From a virus: a stretch of 64,000 nucleotides of DNA. The notes beneath the pieces were generated by a model that ran no database searches, had not been told where the DNA came from, and saw nothing but the letters and a program-made list of their open reading frames with translations. The DNA lies in IMG/VR virus record IMGVR_UViG_3300025087_000038, positions 1 to 64,000 of that record; one strand, given 5' to 3'. This document shows positions 25,165 to 35,185 of the stretch, piece after piece; the first letter of the stretch is position 1; every line of letters begins with the position of its first letter. The position numbers were made by a program, and so were the translations under genes.

Positions 25165-25956
25165 ATGCCGATTTTGTCCAATACTTTAATGGAAAATCTA
25201 AGTGACCGACTTGCAAAACAGGTGCAACTTATACTTGCCGGGATTAGGGATGCTAGAGTAATTGGTGGCGGGGAACACTTTGACCGAGTAACAACAGCCG
25301 ACGATTACGATGTGGAAAACGATTTTATAGATGATACGCATTCCTGGGACAAATATGTTAGTGGTCAGTACATATTTCCTGATATAACTGAATTAGCTGA
25401 TTATGTGAATGTGTTCAACACCCATGCTACAAATCAGGGAGCACCCGACTTAAACAGGTTCCTTCAGACATCTGGTATAGATGTAGCCGACTATTTTGCT
25501 GATGTTTATTATTGGATTAGAGGAAATAGACTTTCTGCATACAACGTATTTTATACTACCTCTTTAGATCCTATGGGTACTTTAGATGTAATTTCTTCGG
25601 GAATAGGAACTTTTACAGACGGTTATTCTTTATCAACAAACGGAACGGGAAATTATACGGGACGAGACGACTTAACAGCATTAAACACAGCCGCAGTAAA
25701 TCTTGAATGTTACGCTTCTGGAGTAGGTATCGGCGCAAATGGTTTAGGTGTAAACATAACTTGTAAAAAAGATGACAATACTACTGAGGTAAAAACAGTA
25801 ACTTTTGCAGCTAATGATCCCGTGTGGACAAGTAAAGATATAGGAACAAGTGTAAATAAATATATTGATATTACAAATATGGCTATTGCTACTGGAAGTA
25901 ACGCTAATGACAAAGTAATTGTAAAATCTAAAATATTAAGGGCAATAGCCCTTTAG
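25165..25956 (+). CDS. Virion structural protein (paralog A)
   Basis: Aligns by eye over its full length with 25966..26727 (SDRLxKQ, GGGxEHF, ITCKK, TEVKTV, C-terminal IAL). Confidence 0.7.
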   Translation: MPILSNTLMENLSDRLAKQVQLILAGIRDARVIGGGEHFDRVTTADDYDVENDFIDDTHSWDKYVSGQYIFPDITELADYVNVFNTHATNQGAPDLNRFLQTSGIDVADYFADVYYWIRGNRLSAYNVFYTTSLDPMGTLDVISSGIGTFTDGYSLSTNGTGNYTGRDDLTALNTAAVNLECYASGVGIGANGLGVNITCKKDDNTTEVKTVTFAANDPVWTSKDIGTSVNKYIDITNMAIATGSNANDKVIVKSKILRAIAL

Positions 25957-25965
25957 GAGGATAAA

Positions 25966-26727
25966 ATGCCAGTAGTCTCAACTACAATTTTTAAGACAAT
26001 AAGTGATAGATTGTCAAAACAACACAGTTTAATCAACACCGCTCTCAAAGATGCTGGAGGAGGAACCGAACATTTTACTACTATTACAACTTCAAACGAT
26101 TACAATGTAGAACTTGATTTGAATCAACGTGGTTATGAATTAGATCATGGTTTATCAGGAATAGAAATATTCCCTAGTATACCAGAATTTACAAATATTA
26201 TAAATTCTCATGTAACACACATAACAAATAGAGGGTTACAAACACTAGATCAATATCTTACTTTAAGTGGTACAAATGTATCGTCTGAGTATGATGATTT
26301 GCATTTTGCTATCAAAAATAGTCACCTAAACTCAATCAATGTCTTCGGGCCAGTTATGCAAATGGGGACATATCAAGTAACAAGTGGGTTAAGTGGGGTA
26401 TTCACAGATTTAGATGCTGTAGGAACAGGTAGTGGAAAAGCCGGTTCTGGAAACTATGCTGCAGCGAACTGTGAAATTTATGTAGATACTGGAACCACAA
26501 TAGGCGCCAAAGATGTAAATATAGCTATAACCTGTAAAAAAGAAAATTTAGCAACGGAAGTAAAAACAGTAAAGGTACCAACAGGGGTATCAGGATTGAA
26601 TACTTTTGCAATAGGGATACCAGACACAAATATGTATTTGGATATTTCGGATGTGACACATCAGTCTGGCATGGCTGATGATTTAGTGAAATTTCGGAGT
26701 AAATTAGAACGGATTATAGCGTTATAG
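25966..26727 (+). CDS. Virion structural protein (paralog B)
   Basis: Full-length similarity to 25165..25956; SD AGGAGG. Confidence 0.7.
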   Translation: MPVVSTTIFKTISDRLSKQHSLINTALKDAGGGTEHFTTITTSNDYNVELDLNQRGYELDHGLSGIEIFPSIPEFTNIINSHVTHITNRGLQTLDQYLTLSGTNVSSEYDDLHFAIKNSHLNSINVFGPVMQMGTYQVTSGLSGVFTDLDAVGTGSGKAGSGNYAAANCEIYVDTGTTIGAKDVNIAITCKKENLATEVKTVKVPTGVSGLNTFAIGIPDTNMYLDISDVTHQSGMADDLVKFRSKLERIIAL

Positions 26728-26735
26728 GAGGAACC

Positions 26736-27116
26736 GTGCATCAAGAATTAGAAATAAAATTTAATGGAACAGGCGCTCAAATCCTCCATTTAGGCCCTTT
26801 AGAGTTAAAAGGAGGAGAAACAAAATACTTGCCAATAAAAAATGATATAGCAACATTTGAGCAGTTAAAGAAAATAAGCAGTTTATCGGTAAAAAAGGTG
26901 AGTGTTGCTGATAAAGAAGACAAAAAAGAAGATTTAGGAAAAGATGTGGTAATAAAAGAAGTAAAGAAAAAATACTTTGTAAAATATGTGGGTCATCAAT
27001 TAGAGCGGCCTGTTAGAGGGTTTGGGAGTTTTTATAAGGATGTAGAAAAAGAATTAAAAGTAGAAGAACTTGAACGGTTTAACAATGACAAAGAATTTGT
27101 TGTTAGAGAAGAATAA
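26736..27116 (+). CDS. Hypothetical protein with two short repeated domains
   Basis: GTG start after AGGAGG; IKFNG...GETK and VKYVG...DVEK halves. Confidence 0.55.
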   Translation: MHQELEIKFNGTGAQILHLGPLELKGGETKYLPIKNDIATFEQLKKISSLSVKKVSVADKEDKKEDLGKDVVIKEVKKKYFVKYVGHQLERPVRGFGSFYKDVEKELKVEELERFNNDKEFVVREE

Positions 27117-27129
27117 GGAGGAATGAACT

Positions 27130-27960
27130 ATGCCGATGGTATGGCGCGGATATTTATCTTTGGGCGGCGTGGCTGTCCCATGTAACAGTACGGGATTAGA
27201 AATAGAACCAGGGTTTAAATTTAGTGATGATGCAATAACCTCAAAGGGGCATGTAATAAACTATGCCCAGGTACAAAATGCCTATCAAGGAAGTATAGAA
27301 TTTCCGTTAAATAGAGATTTTATGGCTACGTTATGGGCATGGGCAATTACATCTAGAGATACAAGCAAAACAGTTATTTTGTCCCCTGATGGAACAACTG
27401 CATATACATACCCCGAAGCAAGCGGTAAGTGTTTAGTTAAAACACTTACTATTACTGGGGCACAAAATGAGTATATAAAATGTTCACTTGATTTAGTAGC
27501 AACTGGACGTAGCGCTGCTGGAAGTGTGCCTACATATACAGCAACAAGTACTACTAATTTAAATTATACGCCAATACCATATTGGAAAACAAGTTTTATA
27601 TCAACTACTCCTACGGCATATGGCGGCGCAAGCGATGCAACACAGGTAGTATCTTGGAATGTATCAATAAACAATAACCAGTTTGTATTATATACTTTTG
27701 ATTTATCAAATGACCCGCATGATATACAACCGGGTTTAATGGATGTAACAGGAAATGTAGTATTGTATAATGCAAGCAGCACTCCTATACCAAGTGATGG
27801 CGGTAGCTCAACAGTAACTATAGATAATGATAGTTTAACACTTAACTATTTGGTATACACCAAATACGCTATGGAGATGTCTGGCCCGAACGTAAAAGCA
27901 ACGAGGTCATGCGATTTTAGATCAATAGGGAGTACATTAGTAGCTCCAATATACGAATAA
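27130..27960 (+). CDS. Major tail tube protein
   Basis: 276 aa, Thr/Ser-rich beta protein (VVSWNVSINN...GLMDVTGNV); followed by chaperone and tape measure genes. Confidence 0.7.
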   Translation: MPMVWRGYLSLGGVAVPCNSTGLEIEPGFKFSDDAITSKGHVINYAQVQNAYQGSIEFPLNRDFMATLWAWAITSRDTSKTVILSPDGTTAYTYPEASGKCLVKTLTITGAQNEYIKCSLDLVATGRSAAGSVPTYTATSTTNLNYTPIPYWKTSFISTTPTAYGGASDATQVVSWNVSINNNQFVLYTFDLSNDPHDIQPGLMDVTGNVVLYNASSTPIPSDGGSSTVTIDNDSLTLNYLVYTKYAMEMSGPNVKATRSCDFRSIGSTLVAPIYE

Positions 27961-27989
27961 AAAGTATAATTTAAAGGGAGGAACCCAAA

Positions 27990-28490
27990 ATGGAAGAAAA
28001 GGAAGCAGTAAAAGAACAACCAATAGACTTTACAGTTGGGGAGGGGGAAACATTTAAGGTCAAAATCAGTGTGGATTGTAGCAAAAAGAAACCGGTACCA
28101 ATCATAGGCCCAGTATCTGATGCTTTGCAAGGCAAAGTAAAAGAGATCTGGGCTGAATTTTATTATCAGCAGTTTGGAGTAGAGCAACGGATACACGGGG
28201 AATCGATAGCAATAACAACAGTCTTTGACCCACAAAGTAAGCAGGTAGTAAACCAACGATTTTTAGACGTAGTAAGGTTGGAAGAAAACAGGTTAAAGTA
28301 TTTGTTAAAGGACTGGAACTTAACCGACAGGTTTGGCAAAATAGAGTTAAAACGTGAGAACGGTCAGTTGACAGGAGAAAGTCTAAAAAAAGTGTTAAGT
28401 GTCCAACCAGTAATTCTAAGAGCAATTTTGAATAAAACGTCAATGATACTTGATATGGGAGCAGAAGAAGACTCGGATTTTCCAAGTTAG
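27990..28490 (+). CDS. Tail assembly chaperone (gpG-like)
   Basis: Follows the tube gene; LKYLLKDWNL motif; slippery site just before the stop. Confidence 0.7.
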   Translation: MEEKEAVKEQPIDFTVGEGETFKVKISVDCSKKKPVPIIGPVSDALQGKVKEIWAEFYYQQFGVEQRIHGESIAITTVFDPQSKQVVNQRFLDVVRLEENRLKYLLKDWNLTDRFGKIELKRENGQLTGESLKKVLSVQPVILRAILNKTSMILDMGAEEDSDFPS

Positions 28491-28684
28491 CGAGTGCATA
28501 TTTTTCTCCAGGCAGGCGCGATATTGACGTAAGTGGGGAACCAATTTTATACGAGTACGGAATACTAAAATATTTCCACGAGGAGTTTGGGCTAAACAAA
28601 AAAGAATTGGAGGCTATGGACAGTCGGTGGGTCAAAAAAATGATTGTGTTGGGAAATATCAAAAGCCAAATAACAAGTCACTAA
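28475..28684 (+). CDS. -1 frameshift extension of the tail chaperone (gpGT-like)
   Basis: G GAT TTT heptamer at 28475-28481; the -1 frame is open for 69 codons (KLASAYFSPG...FGLNKKELEAMD...ITSH*) with no evident start of its own. Confidence 0.7.
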   Translation, partial: GFSKLASAYFSPGRRDIDVSGEPILYEYGILKYFHEEFGLNKKELEAMDSRWVKKMIVLGNIKSQITSH

Positions 28685-28802
28685 AAGTAGATACATTAAA
28701 AATAGCAAGGGAAGACTACATAAAATTTTTTAAAGGTATATGTAGAATTATACATGATTATAATGCAGTAATAAAAGAGGTTAGAAGAAAAAGGAAAAAG
28801 AA

Positions 28803-28976
28803 ATGACTGTATGGTGTTATAATTGTCAAAAACATGCAATAACAAACCAAACAATACAAGATAATATAGACCCAAAATTGGAGACCGTAGAATACAGTTG
28901 CGCAACTTGCAATATTACTTTACAACATCGGTATAGGCAAAAACAAGATTTATTGGTAGAAATACCTAAATTGTAG
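28803..28976 (+). CDS. Small zinc-finger protein (57 aa)
   Basis: CYNC and CATC motifs (manual translation). Confidence 0.5.
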   Translation: MTVWCYNCQKHAITNQTIQDNIDPKLETVEYSCATCNITLQHRYRQKQDLLVEIPKL

Positions 28977-28982
28977 TATAAT
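28971..28982 (+). promoter_or_regulatory. Conserved phage promoter motif TTGTAGTATAAT
   Basis: The motif recurs before genes at 45867, 47057, 47655, 53249, 58472, 59602 and 61131; it contains a perfect -10 TATAAT. Confidence 0.75.
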
Positions 28983-28999
28983 ATAAGTGGGGAGACAAG

Positions 29000-29179
29000 A
29001 TGAGTAACCTATACGGAGAAAAATTACTAGGAACTGGAAATCACTTAACTGATTACAAAGTAAAATATGTAGAAGTGAAATGCGAAGACTGCAATGGCAA
29101 CGGGTTTAATGAAATAACTGGAGAAGACTGTATGCCCTGTGATGGAACTGGCTCGATAGAAGTAGAAAAGTGGGAATAA
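29000..29179 (+). CDS. DnaJ-type zinc-finger mini-protein (59 aa)
   Basis: CEDCNGNG and CMPCDGTG; SD GGAG downstream of the promoter motif. Confidence 0.7.
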   Translation: MSNLYGEKLLGTGNHLTDYKVKYVEVKCEDCNGNGFNEITGEDCMPCDGTGSIEVEKWE

Positions 29180-29180
29180 A

Positions 29181-29636
29181 ATGGATACTTTCGAAGAAAG
29201 AGAATTGACTAAAGACAAACAAATAAATGGCCTCTTACAAAATATTAAGAAGAACTTACCTGAATTAAAGAAAGTATTAGAAGAAGTAAAAGGGATAGAT
29301 TATGAAGATGCCTTCTATAGGTTTTATCATCATTCATTTAAGGCATACTATATTCAAGGCTATACAACTGAAATAGTTAAAGTATTAACAAGCGTTTCAC
29401 CGTCTAGCGAAATAGAAAACGAGGATTTTAAACAAATATTAAAAGAAGGCACAAAAGACTGGAAGCATGAACATAACAGTGGATGGCACAAAGAGGTAAG
29501 ACCTATTTTAGAAGCATACTTTCATGCACGATATTTTCTTGAAATGGCAATAAAATATGGCGAGAAATATGATATAGCACCGCACGTAATGGATTACGGT
29601 TGGGCGGCAGTATTATATTTGTATAGGTTAAGATAG
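29181..29636 (+). CDS. Hypothetical protein
   Basis: 151-aa ORF (YRFYHHSFKAY, EAYFHARYFLEM). Confidence 0.7.
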   Translation: MDTFEERELTKDKQINGLLQNIKKNLPELKKVLEEVKGIDYEDAFYRFYHHSFKAYYIQGYTTEIVKVLTSVSPSSEIENEDFKQILKEGTKDWKHEHNSGWHKEVRPILEAYFHARYFLEMAIKYGEKYDIAPHVMDYGWAAVLYLYRLR

Positions 29637-29652
29637 GAAGGAGAAGAGATAA

Positions 29653-29940
29653 ATGTCTACTGACAATGGTATATACATAATCAAATTTCCAGAAGGCTTT
29701 AGAGTAGCACATTGCCAAGCAATAGAAAGCATTGACTATTATTCTCCTGGGTCAAAAGAAAGAAAGCAAGAATTAAAATGGAGGTTTAGTAAAAGTAAGG
29801 TATTTCAAACATGGCATGATGCTATTTCAAATGCTCGTAATTTAGCAGAAGAAATAAGGAATGATGACTTTTGTCCAATACTTGAATATGGGATACAGTA
29901 TTTAGGAGAATATGAAAGTTGGAGAAAGGATAAAAAATGA
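29653..29940 (+). CDS. Hypothetical protein
   Basis: MSTDNGIYI...LEYGI; SD AAGGAG. Confidence 0.7.
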   Translation: MSTDNGIYIIKFPEGFRVAHCQAIESIDYYSPGSKERKQELKWRFSKSKVFQTWHDAISNARNLAEEIRNDDFCPILEYGIQYLGEYESWRKDKK

Positions 29941-30257
29941 ACATAGGATTTGATGTAACGGATACAATAACAAGATATCCTAAACAATGTAAAGCTTTAA
30001 TAGATTCTCTACATAAAGATGGTTGGAAAATATTTGTGGTAAGTCCTAATGCTATAGATACAATAGAGAATGACTTGTTCCTAACAAAAATAGACAAAGA
30101 AAAAGTAGAAATAATAGTTAGTAGAGATAAATGGGTAGTATGCAAAGAAAAAGAAATAGACATCTTTCTAGACGATTTAGACGATTACCTAGATCCAATG
30201 TTAGAAAATAAGTTAGACATAATGCCCCTAAAAGTAAAAAGGAAGGACATGCTGTAA
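29937..30257 (+). CDS. HAD-superfamily-like protein
   Basis: IGFDVTDTI resembles motif I; K and FLDD resemble motifs III and IV. Confidence 0.6.
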   Translation: MNIGFDVTDTITRYPKQCKALIDSLHKDGWKIFVVSPNAIDTIENDLFLTKIDKEKVEIIVSRDKWVVCKEKEIDIFLDDLDDYLDPMLENKLDIMPLKVKRKDML

Positions 30258-30712
30258 TGGAAGGCTACTGGTTAAACCTAGACAACGGAAAATATGAAGA
30301 AGTATTTGACCACGCTAACTGGATACATAATCCCGATAACCAGCAGTTAATTGGACTAGATGAGGGTATTGGTCAACAGATTTCAGCATTACCGGATTCT
30401 GATTTTAAAGGAAAGAACCGGGAAAATATTGTTATGCTTGCTACGCAGGGAGATTTAATACGGATACGCAGATATGAAGGGGCAATATCATTTGAGTTTC
30501 AATCAAAAGGGGTAAACAAGGAAAAAGTGTTATTAGCAATATACCAGTTTTTAATTGTTGTTGGAATAGCAGGAGATTATACACAGCTAACAATAACCAA
30601 TCTCAGTAACAATGAATCAGTAGGAATATTGTGGAAAGATTTTAAAGGCAAAGTAGAACAAAATGACTTGGATGGAATTCTAAGGTTAGCACAAAAAGTA
30701 GTAAGAAGATAA
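30257..30712 (+). CDS. Hypothetical protein
   Basis: 151-aa ORF coupled to the upstream gene. Confidence 0.6.
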   Translation: MEGYWLNLDNGKYEEVFDHANWIHNPDNQQLIGLDEGIGQQISALPDSDFKGKNRENIVMLATQGDLIRIRRYEGAISFEFQSKGVNKEKVLLAIYQFLIVVGIAGDYTQLTITNLSNNESVGILWKDFKGKVEQNDLDGILRLAQKVVRR

Positions 30713-30727
30713 AAGGAGGAACCTAAG

Positions 30728-31330
30728 ATGAGCGTAGAACCATTAAATTTAGAAAATGTACCAACAGAAACAACAGTAACAAATTTGGAGTTAGACAAAA
30801 AGGATAGTCAAGAACCAGGTATGACAATAGTAACTGTACAAGGGAAAGAAATTCCTATACCAAAAATAAAAGAGCTTTCGAGTTCAATACCCCCCGGAAC
30901 CGCAGCAGAAGGTGACCATGACGGTAGAGATGGCGACCCAGAACTAGTAAATTTTTTAATGGACGAAAAGGACAAATACATAAAAGTAGAAATAAGGGCA
31001 GATATCGTTGATGGAAAACCAGTAATAAAAGAAGATGGCAAATACCTGATTTGGGCGAAGTTTTTAAGGCCAACGTGGAAGTTGGATAATATTTTAAAGA
31101 ATAAAAGGTTAGGAATGACACAAGAAGGAACAGTAGTATTAGATAACACAAAGTATAATGAAAATCTCTTACGGTACTGTCTAAAAGAATGGAATCTCCC
31201 ACTTCAGTTAATTTTTGGTTTTGATTTAGATAATAATGCCGAATTAAAAAATATAGATAAAATTACAAGTGAAACTGGCGTACATCCTATAATTTTAAAT
31301 GAATTATTAAATAACATAAAAGAGGAATAA
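30728..31330 (+). CDS. Second tail assembly chaperone paralog
   Basis: IWAKF, ENLLRYCLKEWNL and VHPIILNELLN match IWAEF, ENRLKYLLKDWNL and VQPVILRAILN of 27990. Confidence 0.65.
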   Translation: MSVEPLNLENVPTETTVTNLELDKKDSQEPGMTIVTVQGKEIPIPKIKELSSSIPPGTAAEGDHDGRDGDPELVNFLMDEKDKYIKVEIRADIVDGKPVIKEDGKYLIWAKFLRPTWKLDNILKNKRLGMTQEGTVVLDNTKYNENLLRYCLKEWNLPLQLIFGFDLDNNAELKNIDKITSETGVHPIILNELLNNIKEE

Positions 31331-31345
31331 TTTTAAGGAGTAAGC

Positions 31346-33397
31346 ATGGCTGAGAAATATTCTGACTGGCAAAAAGATGTATTATTTACATTAGTTTCTA
31401 TTAATAAAGTACTTGCCGGTACAAAAGGTAGTAGTGGTTCGCCCAGTAGTTCAGGATTAAGTGGTGGTAAACCTAGGGTAATGGATCCCAGAACTGGCCA
31501 AATGATAGATTTGGATACTTCCAAAATTAAAGCTGCTGAACAATCAGTATCGAGACTTGGTAACGCTTTTAATCTTGCAAAAGGCGGAGCTAAAAATCTT
31601 AAAGAGGCTGTTGGTGCTTTAGATAGCGGTTTACGCGGTTTAACTGGAGTTAGCGTTCTTGGTATAGGTTCTCTTGTTGGTTTAGGTAAAGTTATACGAG
31701 ATGTAACTAGTATTACGGTATCGTATAAAAAAGAACTTTACGAAGTATCAAGAAGCTTTAGTGTTGGTACTTCTAATATGGCAAGTTATAGTAAATTTCT
31801 TAAAGAAATGTCTAGTAGTACTGGAAGAGGAATAATAGAAACAACTAAATTAGTTTCAACATTAAAATCCAGTTATGTAACAGCTAATTTATCTAATGCA
31901 TCTATGAAAAAAATAGTAGAAACCTTATCAAAAGAATTTCCATTTAACTTAGAAGAAGTTACTAAAAAATATATAGAACTTCAGAAAGCTCTTCCTACAG
32001 TAAATAATTTATTAGAAAAAGAGGCGTTAACTCTAGCTGATTTAGCTGATGTTTCCAGAGCTACCGGGGGCGATAAAGACTTCTTTTTAAGACTATATGC
32101 AAGACAGCACGGGGTATTGACGCAAGCTTCAGAAGATATAACTGAATTAACAGAACGAATGCTGCGATTTAATAAAGTAAAAGAAGACTGGCAATTGGGT
32201 TTAGGCGGAGCATTATTTGATTTTGGTATGTCTGCAATGGAACTAGCTTCACATCCCCTTAAGACAAGAGAAGAAACTTTAGAGGGAACATCTGCCTTAG
32301 GAGAAGAACGCGGGGGATTAATAAAAAGAAAAGCGGCAAAACAAGAAGCGTTATCACGACTTATGCCAGGCCCTTTAGGCGGTATTTTTAGAGGGGGGCT
32401 GGAAAAAGAAATAAAAGAGCTAGATTACCAAATTAAAGCGATTGATATCGTTATTCAAAGCACGCGTAATGCAACCATGGCAGAAACTGATAGATTAAAT
32501 AAATTAAAAGCTGAATCAGATGAATATGAAAGACAAAAAGATGCTGCTAATAAACACATAGATATAATTAATATAATAAACCAACGATATGATGCACAAC
32601 TTGGAATTTTAGAAGCTACATATAGGCCGATAATGGAACAAGGTTCCTTTCTTTTATTACAAGTAAATATGTTAGAAAATATAGTATCAGAACGCCAAAA
32701 AATTGTTGATACATTACGAGAGGAAGGAAAAGCCCTTGAGGATAATAAGGAATATCAGGAAGCTCAGACTAATTTAGCACAAGCCGAATTAGCAGTAGCT
32801 CAAAAACGTCAATATATTCAACGTTCCTTTATGGAAAAGATGTTACAGTTACAGCTAGGACTATCAAAAGGAACATACACAATGCCAACAACTATGGGAG
32901 AAGGTTTAACCAAAGGGCCAGGATACAGTCCATTTGCACCGTTAGAACGAGGTGGAACAGGCGGTAAGGCATGGGGAAGTTATAATGCAAAAGGAGAATT
33001 TGAAAAAAGACCGCAGACGGGACCTTACGAAAAGTTTTATCAACGGTTATTTGGTGGAGCTGCTGGATTTAGGAGTCCGCATGAAAAAGTAGTAGAAAAC
33101 AGGTTAAGTGGAATAGAAGACAACACCCAAAAAATGGTAAATACCTTGAATGTACCAACTACTGCTGGAACTACTCCAGTTGCAGGGGGGTCCCCCGCAA
33201 TTACCGGAACAGTTGGGAGTACAGTTACTCCTGTAGCTTCAACTACACCAAGGTGGAATGAATCTCCTTCTTGGGGAAGGGTAAGAGCCGAAGAGGAAAA
33301 ACCTATTCCTATAGCTAAAGAATCAATTAAAGAACTTATAGATGGTTTTATTAATGGACTAAAAGATATTGGTATAAGCATAGTAACGCACCCATAA
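31346..33397 (+). CDS. Tape measure protein
   Basis: 683-aa helical/coiled-coil protein with a Gly-rich hydrophobic segment; follows the chaperones. Confidence 0.7.
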   Translation: MAEKYSDWQKDVLFTLVSINKVLAGTKGSSGSPSSSGLSGGKPRVMDPRTGQMIDLDTSKIKAAEQSVSRLGNAFNLAKGGAKNLKEAVGALDSGLRGLTGVSVLGIGSLVGLGKVIRDVTSITVSYKKELYEVSRSFSVGTSNMASYSKFLKEMSSSTGRGIIETTKLVSTLKSSYVTANLSNASMKKIVETLSKEFPFNLEEVTKKYIELQKALPTVNNLLEKEALTLADLADVSRATGGDKDFFLRLYARQHGVLTQASEDITELTERMLRFNKVKEDWQLGLGGALFDFGMSAMELASHPLKTREETLEGTSALGEERGGLIKRKAAKQEALSRLMPGPLGGIFRGGLEKEIKELDYQIKAIDIVIQSTRNATMAETDRLNKLKAESDEYERQKDAANKHIDIINIINQRYDAQLGILEATYRPIMEQGSFLLLQVNMLENIVSERQKIVDTLREEGKALEDNKEYQEAQTNLAQAELAVAQKRQYIQRSFMEKMLQLQLGLSKGTYTMPTTMGEGLTKGPGYSPFAPLERGGTGGKAWGSYNAKGEFEKRPQTGPYEKFYQRLFGGAAGFRSPHEKVVENRLSGIEDNTQKMVNTLNVPTTAGTTPVAGGSPAITGTVGSTVTPVASTTPRWNESPSWGRVRAEEEKPIPIAKESIKELIDGFINGLKDIGISIVTHP

Positions 33398-33405
33398 AAG
33401 GAAAA

Positions 33406-34242
33406 ATGGAATTTAATTTATTGGATAAAGAAAAAGAAGGCTTATTCAAAAGATACCCCTATGTATCCGAGTGGACTAAAGGCCTCTCTAAAATTTTATT
33501 TTATATGTGTATTAGCATTTTAATAATTTTATGGTTTCAATTTTCTTTTACGCCAATAAGTAAAAATCTACAAAAGCGAGAAATTACTCAAGTCCCTTTA
33601 GAAGTTACACTTTTACCGGCAATTGAAGAAACAAAAAAGAATTTAGATATAAAGATTGTTAAAGAAGAAGTTAAAGATACTTCTATTAGACAAGTTCAAG
33701 CGAAAGGTAATTTAGTATTTGCTAAAAATAATATAAGGGGGTCACAATCGTTCTCTTTGGAGGACTCAAGCGAAGTCATACAGCAATCTATAAATGAATT
33801 GCCGCATAGAGCAGGACCTGTTGTTGCAGAAACACCTTTAGAAAAGTCTTTAGAAGAACCTGTAAAAGAGGCAGTAGGAAAATATGAAGGAGCGGTTTTA
33901 GATATTGAAGCATTTTATTCTCTATTAAAGAAATTTAATAAATCTGTTAAGTTAGCATTATTTGCTAATGCCCAGTTTAATGGAGGAACTGCCGTGGATA
34001 ATCTGCCATCTCCTTATAGAGAAATGGCTATACAAGACAGAATTGAATTGTCAAACAAGTATTCGTTTATTACTAAAAAATCTCCAAAAGAAGATAAAAT
34101 GCTTTTAGAGGCTACTGCTGAAGACATAACCAGAGAAGCAGAAAGCTTGGGTGGTTGGCAAAATGTAGAAATAAGAATATTGCTAGACAGAACTGATTCT
34201 TATGGAAGAAGAATGTATATTCGTTTTGAAAGAAAAGTTTAA
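33406..34242 (+). CDS. Membrane-anchored protein
   Basis: TM segment ILFYMCISILIILWFQFSF. Confidence 0.6.
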   Translation: MEFNLLDKEKEGLFKRYPYVSEWTKGLSKILFYMCISILIILWFQFSFTPISKNLQKREITQVPLEVTLLPAIEETKKNLDIKIVKEEVKDTSIRQVQAKGNLVFAKNNIRGSQSFSLEDSSEVIQQSINELPHRAGPVVAETPLEKSLEEPVKEAVGKYEGAVLDIEAFYSLLKKFNKSVKLALFANAQFNGGTAVDNLPSPYREMAIQDRIELSNKYSFITKKSPKEDKMLLEATAEDITREAESLGGWQNVEIRILLDRTDSYGRRMYIRFERKV

Positions 34243-34277
34243 AAAGTAAAAAACTCTAAATAGATAAGGACTATCAT

Positions 34278-34325
34278 AAAAGGAGTAAGTAGTTTTACTG
34301 TAAAAGGTAAAAGCTTACTCCTTTT
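34278..34325 (+). terminator. Hairpin, likely intrinsic terminator
   Basis: aaaaggagtaag...cttactcctttt inverted repeat followed by a T-rich tract. Confidence 0.6.
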
Positions 34326-34345
34326 CTATTTTATAGGAGAAAGAA

Positions 34346-35185
34346 ATGTTTGAACACTATTTGGACCGTTGCCTAACTTTGGGAGACAACGAGCTCAATT
34401 CGATATGGAGCATTGATGTAAGAAAATCACTGTTAGGTCAAAATGGTGAAACTGAAGGTGTAGGCAACGCCTATGTTTTAGGGCAATGGGACACAACTTT
34501 AGACTACAGCAGCAGCGGTTTGAAAGCTTCTTCGAAGGCAATAGGGTTTGGCAGAGACGAAAACGGAAATCCTTCTACTCTTAGCGTTATTTTTACTGAC
34601 AAAAATTTAAAAGGATATTCAAGAGCAATTACGCCGTTATTGTCTTCTTTAACTACAGTAGCAAATACGCCAACAAGTTACTACAATAATACCGGAGGCA
34701 GCCAATACTACACAACCGGGAACACAATTTACAATCACACGTATACTTTGTCTTCAACAATACAAAGAAAAGACAAAGACGGGAACTGGCAGACATACAC
34801 TTATAATCCTACAGGAATAGTAAGAGATAAAAGGAATATTTGGTGGATATGTAGTAAAGACTTAGGCAGAATAAGTCGATTAGCAAACAACATAGACAGT
34901 TTAACAGGAACCAACTTTACTGGGCAAGCTGGTAGAATAGACTACGAGGAAGAAATAAAAGAAACCGGAACTTTACTTCATCCAACAGGGTTAGCAGTTT
35001 TACCAGAGAAAAGTTCTATGTTTGATACAGATTTAGATGAAAGCGGTAGATTTTGGATTTGTTGCGATAACGGATACATCTATGAAATAAAAATAAACGG
35101 GTTGGGTGGAATCGAAATACTAGAATCTCAAACCGGAGTAGGAACTAATCATTTTATAACTTGCTATTCTAAAGAGGACTTATGA
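34346..35185 (+). CDS. Tail-tip protein (beta-propeller-like)
   Basis: Downstream of the tape measure gene; NPTGI/HPTGLAV repeats; shares the WxxYTYNPTxI motif with the next gene. Confidence 0.55.
   Translation: MFEHYLDRCLTLGDNELNSIWSIDVRKSLLGQNGETEGVGNAYVLGQWDTTLDYSSSGLKASSKAIGFGRDENGNPSTLSVIFTDKNLKGYSRAITPLLSSLTTVANTPTSYYNNTGGSQYYTTGNTIYNHTYTLSSTIQRKDKDGNWQTYTYNPTGIVRDKRNIWWICSKDLGRISRLANNIDSLTGTNFTGQAGRIDYEEEIKETGTLLHPTGLAVLPEKSSMFDTDLDESGRFWICCDNGYIYEIKINGLGGIEILESQTGVGTNHFITCYSKEDL

Noticed and set aside
25165-27960. Contractile tail sheath gene
   Set aside because: No gene of sheath size or motif was recognised, and no baseplate wedge genes were identified.
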